Made by a program: the position numbers and the translations under genes. The notes below the pieces were generated by a model, which ran no database searches, was not told the DNA's origin, and worked only from the letters and a program-made list of their open reading frames with translations. A DNA stretch of 64,000 nt from Candidatus Xenobia bacterium (GTDB lineage Bacteria; Vulcanimicrobiota; Xenobia; Xenobiales; QWHO01): the NCBI GenBank assembly GCA_045863235.1, contig BTUM01000004.1, forward strand, positions 1 through 64,000, written 5' to 3'. Position 1 is the stretch's first letter. Every line of letters begins with the position of its first letter. Positions 17,376-27,057 of the stretch are shown piece by piece.

Positions 17376-18262
17376 GCCGTCACCCGCAAAAAGACGTCCT
17401 CGATGGAATAGGGCACGTGCTCGATGCGGCTGGCCTGAATGCCGGCTTTGAAGAGAAGGCCCCTCACCGATTCCACCGCCCCCTCGAGCTCGTTGACGAA
17501 GACGTGCACCCGGTCGCCGAACAGCTCCACCTCGTATCCTGGCAGGGCGGCCCGGGCACGGAAAGGGGCGTCGCACTCCACCTCGAGCACGAAACCCGGC
17601 AGACTGGCCCGAATCTGGTCGGTGCTGCCCAACCGCACGAAGCGCCCCTGGTGGATGAGAGCCACCCGGTCGAACTGCTCGGCCTCGTCCATATAGGGCG
17701 TGGAGGCCATCACCGTGAGCCCCGACTTCTGCAACTCGAAGACCAGCCCCCAGAACTCTCGCCGCGAGACCGGATCCACCCCGGTGGTGGGCTCGTCCAT
17801 CAAGAGCAGGCGAGGGCGATGGATCAGGCTGCAGAGAAGGGCCAGCTTCTGCTTCATGCCGCCCGAGAGCTGGTCGGCCAGTCGCGTCTTGAAGCGCGCC
17901 AGATCCACCATTTCCAGAAGCTCCTGCTTGAGCTTCACCGAGTCAGGTTGTGCGGGGTAGAGCCGGGCGAAGAAGTCCACGTTCTCCTCCACGGTCAGGT
18001 CGCGATACAGGCTGAAGCGCTGAGGGATGTAGCCGATGGCCTGGCGCACCAGCACCTGGGTGCGGCCCACGTCCTCCCCCATCACCAGCAACTCGCCCTG
18101 CTGCACCGGCAGAATGCCAGCGATCAGCTTGAGCAGGGTGGTCTTGCCGGCTCCGTCCGGTCCCACCAGGCCAAAGACCTCGCCCTCGGGCACCTCGAAG
18201 TCGAGCTGGTTCAGGGCCTGGTTCGGACCGTAGGCGAAGGATACGTTGCGAGCGCGAATCAA
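17372..18262 (-). CDS. ABC transporter ATP-binding protein
   Basis: GPDGAGKTT, LSGGMKQK, MDEPT. Confidence 0.92.
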   Translation of the reverse strand: MIRARNVSFAYGPNQALNQLDFEVPEGEVFGLVGPDGAGKTTLLKLIAGILPVQQGELLVMGEDVGRTQVLVRQAIGYIPQRFSLYRDLTVEENVDFFARLYPAQPDSVKLKQELLEMVDLARFKTRLADQLSGGMKQKLALLCSLIHRPRLLLMDEPTTGVDPVSRREFWGLVFELQKSGLTVMASTPYMDEAEQFDRVALIHQGRFVRLGSTDQIRASLPGFVLEVECDAPFRARAALPGYEVELFGDRVHVFVNELEGAVESVRGLLFKAGIQASRIEHVPYSIEDVFLRVTA

Positions 18263-19533
18263 GGCAACAGCTCCACGTCGGCCGGCAGGCCCGGCCGCAG
18301 CAGCAGCTCAGGGTTGTCCACCTCGACTTTGGCTTTGAAGACCAGGTGGACCCGCTCGGTCTTCGTCTGGATAAACTTGGGGGTAAACTCGGCCTTCTCG
18401 TAGATGCGCACCAGCTTGCCTTCCAGGGGCTTTGGCAGACCGTCAGCCGTGACCCTGGCCTGCTGGCCCAGCTTGACCCGGGTCAGGTCGCTCTCGGGCA
18501 GGTAGATGGTCACCCAGGGCCGGCTCAGCTCGGCGATGCTGACCACGGTGGCACCGGGGGGCACGTTCTCGCCCGGCTCGTAGTTGTTGGTGGAGAGCAC
18601 GATCCCGCTGGCGTCGGCGCTGACCCGGGTGCGCGAGAGCTGGGTCTCGGCCGCTTGGAGCTGGGCCTCGGCCTCGGCCACCTGGCCCTCGGCGGCCTTG
18701 ATCTCCTGAGGACGCGCTCCTTCCAGCATGAGGGCCAGTGCCTGCTCGCGCTCGGCGAGCATGGCTCGGGCCCGGGCGATCTGCTCGGGACGGGTGCCCT
18801 GAGCCAGGTTGCGATAACGGGCTTCGGCCGCCTCGTACTCGGCGCGAGCAGCCTGGCGCTCTTCGCTACGCGGCCCGCGCGAGAGCTTGAGCAGGTTGTC
18901 GCGCGCCTGGCGCTCGGCGGCCACGGCCTGGTCGTAGGCGTTGCGGCGCTGCTCGAACTGCTGGGCCGAGACCGCGCCCTCCTTCTCCAGGCGAAGGTAG
19001 CGCTGGTAGTCGCGCTCCTGGGTCTTGAGGTTGGCCCGGGCCGCCTGCACGGCGGCTCGCGCGGCATCCACGTCCTCGGAGCGATAGCCATGCTCGAGCT
19101 GCAGAGAACGCTGATGAGCCGCCTCGGCGCTCTGCCGGGAAGCCTCCAGCTCTTCGGCTGTGGCTCCGTTGCTGAACAGCTCCAGGTCGGCTCGGGCCTG
19201 CTCCACCCGCTGGCGAGCCTGGTCGATCTCGGCCGGTCGGGCTCCGGCTTTGAGGTTGGCCAGCCGGGCCCGGGCAGCGTCCAGGCGCCCCCGAGCGGCC
19301 TGGACCTCGGCCCGGAGCCGGTCATCCTTGAGGCGGGCGAGCAGGGCTCCCTTCTCGACCGGCTGGCCTTCCTGGACGGTGATCTCCTGCAGCAGGCCAC
19401 CCACCTCGAAAGCCTGCTCCACGGTGGTGGCCTCCACCACGCCCGAGTAGCCCGAGGTGGCTCGCTCCCCACAGCCGAGGCCCAAAACCATGAGGACCAA
19501 CAACAGGAGCGGTCGAAACGTTCTAGTTCTCAC
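18259..19533 (-). CDS. HlyD-family periplasmic adaptor (YbhG-like) with extended coiled coil
   Basis: Possible lipobox LGLGC, repeated GxRxEEI hairpins, AEFTPK motif. Confidence 0.9.
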   Translation of the reverse strand: MRTRTFRPLLLLVLMVLGLGCGERATSGYSGVVEATTVEQAFEVGGLLQEITVQEGQPVEKGALLARLKDDRLRAEVQAARGRLDAARARLANLKAGARPAEIDQARQRVEQARADLELFSNGATAEELEASRQSAEAAHQRSLQLEHGYRSEDVDAARAAVQAARANLKTQERDYQRYLRLEKEGAVSAQQFEQRRNAYDQAVAAERQARDNLLKLSRGPRSEERQAARAEYEAAEARYRNLAQGTRPEQIARARAMLAEREQALALMLEGARPQEIKAAEGQVAEAEAQLQAAETQLSRTRVSADASGIVLSTNNYEPGENVPPGATVVSIAELSRPWVTIYLPESDLTRVKLGQQARVTADGLPKPLEGKLVRIYEKAEFTPKFIQTKTERVHLVFKAKVEVDNPELLLRPGLPADVELLP

Positions 19534-20806
19534 GAGCGGCCTCCAGGAAGGGGGGCAAAGACGTGGCCCGGCGCCACCGGGTCCAGGCCCCCAGATAGTC
19601 GTAACGGGCGTTGAGGAGATCGAGCCGGGCCCGGGTCAGGGCCGACTCGGTGTCGAGCAGCTCGACGTTGACCGAGATGCCCTCCTGATAGCGAAGGCGA
19701 GCCACCCGGGCGGCCTCCTCGGCCTGCTCGAGGCCCTTGCGGGCCACCTCGACCCGCTGATAGCGGGTGGTGAGATCGCTGAAAAGGCGCTCGAGCTCGA
19801 GGCTGACCAGGCGCACCGCCTCGTCGCGGACGGCCTCGAGCTGCTTGACCACCTCTTCGGCCTGGCCGGCGCGCGCCTCGCTCACCCCGCCGTCAAAGAG
19901 CGGAATGGTCAGAGTGAGGCCGGTCACCCACTGGTCGGCCTTGTTGAAGCCCACCGGGTTGCGGCGCTGGTAGCTGGTCTCGAAACCCAGACTTGGATTG
20001 TCTTCAGCCTCAGCCGCCTGAATGCGGGCTCGAGCCGCCTCGACCGACCAGCTCAGAGCAGCCAGCTCGGGTCGCGTGGCCAGGGCCCGCAGCCTGGCCG
20101 CCTGCAGGTCCTGGGGGGGAGGCTGGTCCTCCTCCACCCCGACGAGCTGGGCGCCATCGTCGGGTCGGCCCATCAGCGAGTAGAGCGTGGCCCGGGTGAT
20201 GGTGGCCAGGTTGCGGGCCTCCAACAGCCCCTCCTGGGCCTGGGCCAGCACGGCTTCGTCCCGCACCAGGTCGAAGCGAGGAGCGGCTCCGTTGGCCAGC
20301 AGGCTGCGAGCATTCTGCAGGCCCTCCTGGCGGGCTTTCAGGTTGGCTTCGGCCACGCTGACCCGATCCTGGCTCTTGAGCACCTCCAGGTAGGCCAGGG
20401 TTACCTCCTCCAGCACCCGGTTCTGCTCCCGACTGAGGTCCTCGGTGCGGGCCCTCTGAGCCAGCTCGGCGGCCTGAGTGCGCCAGTGCAGCCTCCCGAA
20501 GGTGTAGACCGCCTGGCGCAGGGCTACTCCCACGCTGTAGTTGAAATTCTCGGTGATCTGGAGGGGAACCGGCCCGAAAGGGACGGCCACGGTGGGGGTC
20601 AGGTAGTTGGTGTTGGCCGTCAGTCCCAGCGTGGGGTTGCCCAGGGTGTAGGCCTCGTCCACCTGATAACCGGCCTCCGCCTCGCGGGCGCGGTACTCGC
20701 GCAGCACGTTGCTGTTCTGGACCGCCAGCTGGCGGGCCTGATCCAGGGTCAACTCCTGGGCCGACGCGCTGAGAGCCAACAGCGCGATGAGGAGGATTCG
20801 CTTCAT
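19523..20806 (-). CDS. TolC-family outer membrane efflux protein
   Basis: Signal peptide, LTLDQA, IPLFDGG, ARLRYQEG. Confidence 0.9.
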   Translation of the reverse strand: MKRILLIALLALSASAQELTLDQARQLAVQNSNVLREYRAREAEAGYQVDEAYTLGNPTLGLTANTNYLTPTVAVPFGPVPLQITENFNYSVGVALRQAVYTFGRLHWRTQAAELAQRARTEDLSREQNRVLEEVTLAYLEVLKSQDRVSVAEANLKARQEGLQNARSLLANGAAPRFDLVRDEAVLAQAQEGLLEARNLATITRATLYSLMGRPDDGAQLVGVEEDQPPPQDLQAARLRALATRPELAALSWSVEAARARIQAAEAEDNPSLGFETSYQRRNPVGFNKADQWVTGLTLTIPLFDGGVSEARAGQAEEVVKQLEAVRDEAVRLVSLELERLFSDLTTRYQRVEVARKGLEQAEEAARVARLRYQEGISVNVELLDTESALTRARLDLLNARYDYLGAWTRWRRATSLPPFLEAAREN

Positions 20807-20936
20807 CTGTCCCCAGTCTACCGGGGTGGGCGGGTCTTCGCCTCGGACCGGGGTTGCAGGCGGGACTCAGACTTTGGTCTGAGTTGGTAGGAGCGCCGTT
20901 GAGGAGCAAGAATTGCTCCGGGCAAAGGGGGGAACG

Positions 20937-21500
20937 ATGAACGGTTTTCTCATGGGAATGGTGGCAGGAGGCTTCGTTCTGGTGGTCGGCCTCTTCGTGG
21001 TGGTCAAGTTCGTGTTGCCCCGTGTGCTGGCCGGAGCGGCCACGAAGTTCGCGCTCTCCTTGTTCGAGGCCAAGGCCTCGGCTCTGCGCCAGGCGAACCT
21101 GGAGGTGCTGGAGATAGGCCCCACCGAGGCCCGCGCCACGGGCCCGGGACGCTGGGTCCGGATGCGACTTCGCCTCACGCCCCGAGCGGGCGAGCAGCCC
21201 GGCTTCACGATGTGGGAGCCGACCGAGCTGGCCCTGTTCCCTGCTTCCCAGGTAGCGGGCGAACAGCTCTCCGTGGAGCAGGTCGAGCAGTCCATCAGCC
21301 CCTTCGAGGTGCGGCTGCTGGAGTGGGATCGTTCCCAGGTTCCCCCGCCGGAGGAGGGCGAGCAAGCCGACGAGACTCCCGACAAGATCGTTGGGCCGGG
21401 AGAGATCGAGCTGATTGCCAACGTTCCCGAAGAAGTGCGCCAGGTGCGGTTGCACTACTACCACGTACTGGTCGGTCCGGTGCTGGAGCTTTCCGCCTAG
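20937..21500 (+). CDS. Hypothetical membrane-anchored protein
   Basis: N-terminal transmembrane helix; GGGGGGAACG precedes the ATG. Confidence 0.65.
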   Translation: MNGFLMGMVAGGFVLVVGLFVVVKFVLPRVLAGAATKFALSLFEAKASALRQANLEVLEIGPTEARATGPGRWVRMRLRLTPRAGEQPGFTMWEPTELALFPASQVAGEQLSVEQVEQSISPFEVRLLEWDRSQVPPPEEGEQADETPDKIVGPGEIELIANVPEEVRQVRLHYYHVLVGPVLELSA

Positions 21501-21506
21501 TTCTCA

Positions 21507-21536
21507 TTGACTCATTGCTAGCCGCAATGATACGTT
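21507..21536 (+). promoter_or_regulatory. Sigma70 promoter with internal operator palindrome
   Basis: TTGACT-N18-TACGTT with extended TG; TCATTGC-N5-GCAATGA at 21512-21530. Confidence 0.7.
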
Positions 21537-21896
21537 ATGAGAATGAGCCTGCTGACCCTGGAAGAAGCCTCTCGCCGCTTGCAGGTCAGTCGAGCGACTC
21601 TCTATCGCTGGTCGAGGCAGGGACGCCTCCGGCTGGTCCAACTCGGGCCCCGAGCCACGCGAGTTCGCGAGGAAGACCTGATCAAGTTGCAGGACCGGGC
21701 AACGCCAGTGCATCCTCCCAGCGACGAGAGCCTCTGGGGAGAAACGCGCGGCCAGGATCTGGGGAGTGCGCTCGAGGCGATCGAGAACGAGATCCCCAGA
21801 CCGGACCTGGAGTCCTATCTGCTCGCCCTGGCCCAGATGGGTACCCCGGTGAGGTGGGACCCGGCGCGGAGTGAACTGGTAACCATCAAGAAGTGA
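21537..21896 (+). CDS. Excisionase-type HTH protein, probable antitoxin
   Basis: LLTLEEASRRLQVSRATLYRW...G.L; stop overlaps the toxin start. True start may be ATG 21543. Confidence 0.75.
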   Translation: MRMSLLTLEEASRRLQVSRATLYRWSRQGRLRLVQLGPRATRVREEDLIKLQDRATPVHPPSDESLWGETRGQDLGSALEAIENEIPRPDLESYLLALAQMGTPVRWDPARSELVTIKK

Positions 21897-22267
21897 TCCC
21901 CGAGCCCGGGATGGTCCTCTGGGTCGCCCTTGGAAGCCGATTGCCGCCCGGTCACGAGCAGAGCGGGGAGCGGCCAGCTCTGGTGGTGGGAGTTCCTGGC
22001 AAGCTGGGCGTTCCAAGGTTTCCGATGCTTCTGGTGGCCCCCATCACCTCGTTTGCCGAGCAGTCCTGGGCCTTACGCTCGCCAGAACTCTATCCCGTCA
22101 TGCAGGCTGGCTCTGCCAGTCTGCCCCGTGCCTCGCTCGTCCTGCTCGACCAGTTGCAATCCATCGACATCCGGCGGGTCCTGCGGTGGCTGGGGACGCT
22201 GAGCAAGCGACAGTATCGCCCCCTTGCCGACAGCCTCAAGACGATGCTCTCTCAGGCAGGCCAGTAG
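21893..22267 (+). CDS. PemK/MazF-family toxin
   Basis: GHEQSGERPALVV, VAPITS, SLVLLDQLQSID. Confidence 0.9.
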   Translation: MIPEPGMVLWVALGSRLPPGHEQSGERPALVVGVPGKLGVPRFPMLLVAPITSFAEQSWALRSPELYPVMQAGSASLPRASLVLLDQLQSIDIRRVLRWLGTLSKRQYRPLADSLKTMLSQAGQ

Positions 22268-23019
22268 CTCCCGGTCTGAAGCTTGTTGCCCACCAGCACC
22301 GAGCTCACCAGGCCCAGGGCAAACCCGGCCACCGCCCCTCCGCCCCCGGCCAGAGCTCCCCCGGCCACCGCTCCCCCCACCGCCGAGGCGGCCAGCGGCC
22401 AGTGGCCCAGCTTGTTCTTCCAGTAGTGGCTGCCGTCGTCGTGCACCACCCGGGCTCCGGGGATCTTCATGAACGAATCCGGGCCGACCGTTTCCTGGCC
22501 CAGCACCTTGTGGACCCGGGTGTCGATCGGGTGCGGGCCGGCCAGAAGAGCCTTGTAAACCAGCTCGGTGCAGGCCACTTCGGTATCGTCGTGCAGGTCG
22601 CCCAGCCCGTCGTAAGCCTTGCCCTCCTGGCTCTGGCAGTAGTCCGAGGCGGCTTTGATGTCTTCGGGCCCTTCGTAGGGAGGGCGCACCAGGGCCACCT
22701 TGAGGCGACCGCTGAAATAGTCCTCCAGCTCAACCCCCTTCACGCCCCGGCCGGTGGCCTCGTAGACCTTGCCATCCTGGGCGTAGAGGGCGGCATGGGT
22801 GTAGCTCGCCTGCACCGTCCAGTACTCCAGCCGGGCCCAGCCCGGGAAGGTGCAGTCACAGGTGAGGATAATGTCGCCCGGCTGCAGGCTCTCTTTGAGG
22901 TGCTCGGCCCGCTCGGGGGAAATTTCGGGGACCGTGGTGGGAATGCGGCGGCCCATGACCTTCATCACCTGCTCGGCCATGGCGCGCTTGAGGCCTCCCC
23001 GAGGAGCGTTGAGCTGCAT
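22252..23019 (-). CDS. YiiX/YebB-like permuted NlpC/P60 hydrolase with C-terminal glycine zipper
   Basis: LQPGDIIL, YTHAALY, GKAYD, CTELV; start placed at MQLNAP (23019). Confidence 0.8.
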   Translation of the reverse strand: MQLNAPRGGLKRAMAEQVMKVMGRRIPTTVPEISPERAEHLKESLQPGDIILTCDCTFPGWARLEYWTVQASYTHAALYAQDGKVYEATGRGVKGVELEDYFSGRLKVALVRPPYEGPEDIKAASDYCQSQEGKAYDGLGDLHDDTEVACTELVYKALLAGPHPIDTRVHKVLGQETVGPDSFMKIPGARVVHDDGSHYWKNKLGHWPLAASAVGGAVAGGALAGGGGAVAGFALGLVSSVLVGNKLQTGSYWPA

Positions 23020-23044
23020 CGCCCCCCAGGCTAAAACGGCGCCC

Positions 23045-24349
23045 TCAAAAAGAGCTGAAGGAGCGCTTGCGCACCGAGACCCCCCCGATCTGGAGCCGGT
23101 CGGTCGACTCGGCGATCTGGCTCGCGGTGCTGACCGCTCCCAGCGTCTCCAGACCGGACATGGTGGCGTCGCCACTCCACTTGCCCAGCACCATGTCCAC
23201 CAGTTGATCCTGGCAGGGCCCCGGCTCTTCCAGAACGGCTCGAAATCGTTCCACGGCCGGGTCGCCCGCGTGACGCTGGAGCAACCCGTTGACGGCGGCG
23301 CGGTGCAAATCCGGGTCGGGAACTCGGCGCAGGAGAGAGCGCCAGAAAGCGGCGCTCTCGGGCAGCTTGCGCCCGGCCAGGTTGCCCTCCAGGGCCAGCA
23401 TCCCATCCGTCAACAGCCTGGCATTTTCCGGAGGGGAGCCCGGAAGCGCCCCGGCAGCCTCTTTCAGAAGGAGGGAAAAATTGCGGCTCCTGAGGGTATC
23501 GAAAAACCAGCTGGAGGACTGCAGGCCCCAGGAGATGTCCTGGCAGGCGCGAGCGAGCGAGCCGGGAGGATCGGGACGATCAGCCATGTCGGCGTAGGCC
23601 GGCCCCTCGCCCAGCATCAGAGCGCGAGCGGCCGAGCCGGCCCCGAGACCCGACCCGATGGCGTGCAACAGGCCGCAAGCCAGCTCGAGGCGATCCCCGT
23701 GACGATCCGTCAAGGCCTGGTGCTGGACCAGCAGACGGTTCACTCGCCCGTCCGACTCCTGCCCGGCCTTCTGCTTGATCTCGGCCAGGGCAAAGTCGGC
23801 CAGGGCCCGAGCAGCGTGTGGATTCTTCTCATGCAACTGGTTCTCGATGTGGCTGCGAGCAGCCCTGGCCCAGGTTGAGGTGTCCGTGACATCGGCGGGC
23901 GACTCGGCCCAGTGCAGCGTTCGAAGCGGCTCCGGGGTACGCCGGGCCAGCTCGCAGCAAAACCGCTGGTAATCCTCGCGGTGGGTGCCGCGAGCCGTTT
24001 CGGCCAGCGCGTCCACCAGGCAGCGAGCCACCTCGGGGCCCCGGCCATCAAAGTCTTCCACGGCCAGAGTCGCAAGAGAGACCTGCAGGCCCAGGCCGCG
24101 AGTGGCCTGCAGCTCGAGCCGCTCCAGAGCGGCTCTGAGCAAGACCAGGCGCTGGGCCGGCATGGAACGTGTGGCCTGGCAGGCGGCCCGAAGTCGACCG
24201 ACCGTGAGGGAAAGCTGAGGATCCGGCGAGGAGTGGGCAACCGTGTCCAGCGTCTGATCCAGCGCCGACAGGGCGCCACGCCGGGTCCAGGCGCTCTGCG
24301 CGCGCGTCTGGCCGGATCGGATGGCCTCACCCCACGGCACCAACTGCAT
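23045..24349 (-). CDS. Hypothetical helical protein with C-terminal IGGVSVRKR motif
   Basis: 434 aa Leu/Ala/Arg-rich ORF that fills the gap between neighbours. Confidence 0.65.
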   Translation of the reverse strand: MQLVPWGEAIRSGQTRAQSAWTRRGALSALDQTLDTVAHSSPDPQLSLTVGRLRAACQATRSMPAQRLVLLRAALERLELQATRGLGLQVSLATLAVEDFDGRGPEVARCLVDALAETARGTHREDYQRFCCELARRTPEPLRTLHWAESPADVTDTSTWARAARSHIENQLHEKNPHAARALADFALAEIKQKAGQESDGRVNRLLVQHQALTDRHGDRLELACGLLHAIGSGLGAGSAARALMLGEGPAYADMADRPDPPGSLARACQDISWGLQSSSWFFDTLRSRNFSLLLKEAAGALPGSPPENARLLTDGMLALEGNLAGRKLPESAAFWRSLLRRVPDPDLHRAAVNGLLQRHAGDPAVERFRAVLEEPGPCQDQLVDMVLGKWSGDATMSGLETLGAVSTASQIAESTDRLQIGGVSVRKRSFSSF

Positions 24350-24410
24350 GACCCGAGCCTAATTGCAGGGGCTCAAGGAATTCTGAAGCCCGGATGGCGA
24401 ATCAAGCAGG

Positions 24411-25754
24411 ATGCAGGTTTCCCCCCTGGGCCCCCTGGGGCCCCAGCCTTCGGCGCAGCGCGCCCCCACGGTCAGTTCGGGGCAGCCTCAGGAATCGTTC
24501 GAGTCCGGCCGCCCCTCGCTGGTCGGGACGGCCCGAGCCCTGCTGCGGCCCGAGGGCAGCGAGCGCTGGCGGGTCAAACTGCCCTTCTCGCTTTCGAACC
24601 GTCCCACCGCCGACCCGCAGGGTAATCTCTACGCTTCGGCCGGCGACGGCACCCTGCGGCGCTTCGACCCGGAAACGGGCAAAGCCCTGTGGACCTTCGC
24701 AAACGAAGGCGGGGCAGGGCACATGACCGATCCCGCTTTCACCGAGGACGGCAAAGTTCTGGTGGTGGCCGACATGCGCCGGGTGTTCGTGCTCGACCGC
24801 GAGACCGGACTGCCCGAGCACGAGGTGGCTCTCGACCACAGCACGCTCTCTCCCCCCGCCCCCGGGCCCAATGGCACGCTGGTGCTGTTCGGAGGGGATG
24901 GGATGTTCGACAAGGACTGGTCCATCTACGCGGTGGATCCGCGCGTGAAGCCCAAGAAGAGCCTGTTTTCCAGGCTGATCGCTCCCATTGCGCTGATCCC
25001 CCACCACGGCACGGTGCACCAGTGGGAGGTCAAGGTCAACGCCCAGCCGGGGATGTTGCCCATCCCCATGACCCCCAAGGGCGACCTGCACCGGCTCGTC
25101 AACCTTCCCAACGGCCTGATCAGCGCCACCACGGGCGACAGCGAGGTGGTGGCGCTGAATCCGACCAGCGGACAAGCGGCCTGGAAGCGCGAGCTGCCGG
25201 GCAGAGGCTTCTACGACCCGGTGCCGGTGGGCGAAGACCAGGTCATGGTGGCCGGCAGCGAGCGGCTCTTCTTCCTCGACGCCCGCACCGGCGAAACGCT
25301 GCGCGAGCAGCCCGTGGATGGCGTGCTGTTTTCGCAGCCCACCTCCGACCGGTCCGGGAACGTCTTCTTCTTCACCGGGCTCGACGAGCTGCATGTCCTG
25401 CGCCAGGACGGCAAGAGCTGGACCGCACGGGGCAAGTTCGAAACTCGCTACTCCCCGGTCGAGGATGACCAGGGGAACCTTTTCGTGGTCAAGGCAGGGG
25501 CGCTCTACTCGCTGAACGCCGAGACAGGCGAGGAGAACTTCCGGCTGACCTGCCCGGGGGAGGTGCGGTCGGCCCCGGCCCTGCTCGCCGATGGCTCGCT
25601 GGCCATCAAGGTAGGCTCGAGCGCGCGCGAGGAGCTGATCGCTCTGCAGAACCCGCTCCAGGCGGCTTTACGCGAGGAAGACCAGGGAGGCGCGGTGCAA
25701 GAAGGCGTGGCCTGGGTACGGATCGGCGGCGTGCAGGTCAAACGACGCGGTTGA
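24411..25754 (+). CDS. PQQ-like beta-propeller protein
   Basis: Repeated (A/F)DxxTGxxxW blades; C-terminal IGGVQVKRR. Confidence 0.85.
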   Translation: MQVSPLGPLGPQPSAQRAPTVSSGQPQESFESGRPSLVGTARALLRPEGSERWRVKLPFSLSNRPTADPQGNLYASAGDGTLRRFDPETGKALWTFANEGGAGHMTDPAFTEDGKVLVVADMRRVFVLDRETGLPEHEVALDHSTLSPPAPGPNGTLVLFGGDGMFDKDWSIYAVDPRVKPKKSLFSRLIAPIALIPHHGTVHQWEVKVNAQPGMLPIPMTPKGDLHRLVNLPNGLISATTGDSEVVALNPTSGQAAWKRELPGRGFYDPVPVGEDQVMVAGSERLFFLDARTGETLREQPVDGVLFSQPTSDRSGNVFFFTGLDELHVLRQDGKSWTARGKFETRYSPVEDDQGNLFVVKAGALYSLNAETGEENFRLTCPGEVRSAPALLADGSLAIKVGSSAREELIALQNPLQAALREEDQGGAVQEGVAWVRIGGVQVKRRG

Positions 25755-25760
25755 GACTGA

Positions 25761-26204
25761 TCACTCGTCCGCGAATGCCTCGAACCCAAACGTCAGTCCA
25801 GTCGCATCGGCCACATTCTTCTGGCGATTGACCGCCCGGTCGCGCGCGCTCTCCTCGGGAATCTCCGGATCGGACGACCGCTGATAAACCGCCGGCTCCT
25901 GGCCGGTCAGGAGGGGCAGCAAGTCGACCTTGCCCCCCTCCCGGGCCATCTCCAGCGGGCTCATCGGAATACAATCCCCCCAGCACTGCAGGTGAGGATC
26001 GGCGCCATGCTTGAGCAGCACCCGCACTCCCTCGAGCTCGTCGCGCCCCACGCACCAGTAAAGCGCACCGAACCAGGTGCCCCAGGTGTCGGTGAAGAGA
26101 CTGTTGTCATTGACGCTCGAGTTGTCCGACTCGAGCAGCTTGTCCAGCAGATCCCAGTGCTGCTCCTCGACAGCCCGCTTGAGCTGAGCCCTAGCGACCG
26201 GCAT
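25761..26204 (-). CDS. Ankyrin-repeat-like protein
   Basis: GVRVLLKHGADP...SPLEMAREGGKVDLLPLL; start MPVARA overlaps the upstream stop. Confidence 0.7.
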   Translation of the reverse strand: MPVARAQLKRAVEEQHWDLLDKLLESDNSSVNDNSLFTDTWGTWFGALYWCVGRDELEGVRVLLKHGADPHLQCWGDCIPMSPLEMAREGGKVDLLPLLTGQEPAVYQRSSDPEIPEESARDRAVNRQKNVADATGLTFGFEAFADE

Positions 26205-26928
26205 AGAGCTTGCCGGACATCGCAAAGGACGTCCCGGCAAGATTCCCCTGCCCCTCCAGCGACAACTGCGCATCCTCGGCCCGGGCCAGGGTCACCGTCT
26301 GCTCGAGGGTGGCCTCACCGAGCTGGCCGGCGATGGAAACCTTGTACTCCCCGTTCTCGGCCTCTGCAAAGCCAATCTGGTGATTGAAACGCTCGTTGCC
26401 CAGCTGACCGTTGCTGGTGACCGAGCTGAGGTCTTCCTCGCCGCTGATCACCTGGGTCAGCGTCAGGTTCCCGACCGAGCCGCGAGCCAGCACGCCCTTC
26501 TCACCGGCGGTCATCTTGACTTCGACCGGGGTGTCTCCGAGTTGAGCGGTCAGGGTCAGCTGACGCTTCTCCTGGTCGATGGCCCAGCTCTCGCGGTAAG
26601 GCAGTCCACCCACCTCGCCCGAAGCGGTCACGGCCTGCTGGGGGTTCTGAGGATTGAAGGTGTAGTTCAGGCTGCCCGGGACCTCGTTGAAGGCCACCTG
26701 CAGCGCGGCCGTGGCCGGACCGTTGCTCATCGAGGAGATGAACATCCCCGTAACGACCACGCTCAACAGGCCGGGGTTCAGGCAGGGCAGCGCCGCAGCT
26801 TCCTGGGCGTTGTCGATGGTGGTCAGATCGAGCGGCTGACTGGCCGCGGGCGCCTCGGCGGGAGGTGCGCTGGCCCGGGCGGGCTGGCTCTGGAACGCGA
26901 TCTGGTTGGGACGAATGGCGGTCAGCAT
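26191..26928 (-). CDS. Hypothetical beta-rich protein
   Basis: GGAGG RBS; Pro/Ala-rich N-terminus then repeated GxxG beta hairpins. Confidence 0.7.
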   Translation of the reverse strand: MLTAIRPNQIAFQSQPARASAPPAEAPAASQPLDLTTIDNAQEAAALPCLNPGLLSVVVTGMFISSMSNGPATAALQVAFNEVPGSLNYTFNPQNPQQAVTASGEVGGLPYRESWAIDQEKRQLTLTAQLGDTPVEVKMTAGEKGVLARGSVGNLTLTQVISGEEDLSSVTSNGQLGNERFNHQIGFAEAENGEYKVSIAGQLGEATLEQTVTLARAEDAQLSLEGQGNLAGTSFAMSGKLYAGR

Positions 26929-27057
26929 GATATGTGAAACCTCCCCTGGAATCTCTCGTATTTTGTGCCTGCATCATGCTCGCGGGACCGGCTGGGATTG
27001 TTGCTGACAGGTGAACATACGGGGAAAGAACCGCTGGCGCTCGAACCGGGCCAGAGC

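Noticed and set aside
21537..21896. Prophage or ICE excisionase
   Set aside because: No integrase, att site or phage genes nearby; it is coupled to a PemK toxin.
22252..23406. ORF-track N-terminal extensions (also 16467-17576, 28271-30070, 43635-44621, 56325-58058)
   Set aside because: The extensions overlap neighbouring real genes; internal starts with an RBS or stop/start coupling fit better.
24350..24410. Sigma28-like promoter before the beta-propeller gene
   Set aside because: GGCGAATC resembles a -10 box but no matching -35 lies at the right spacing.
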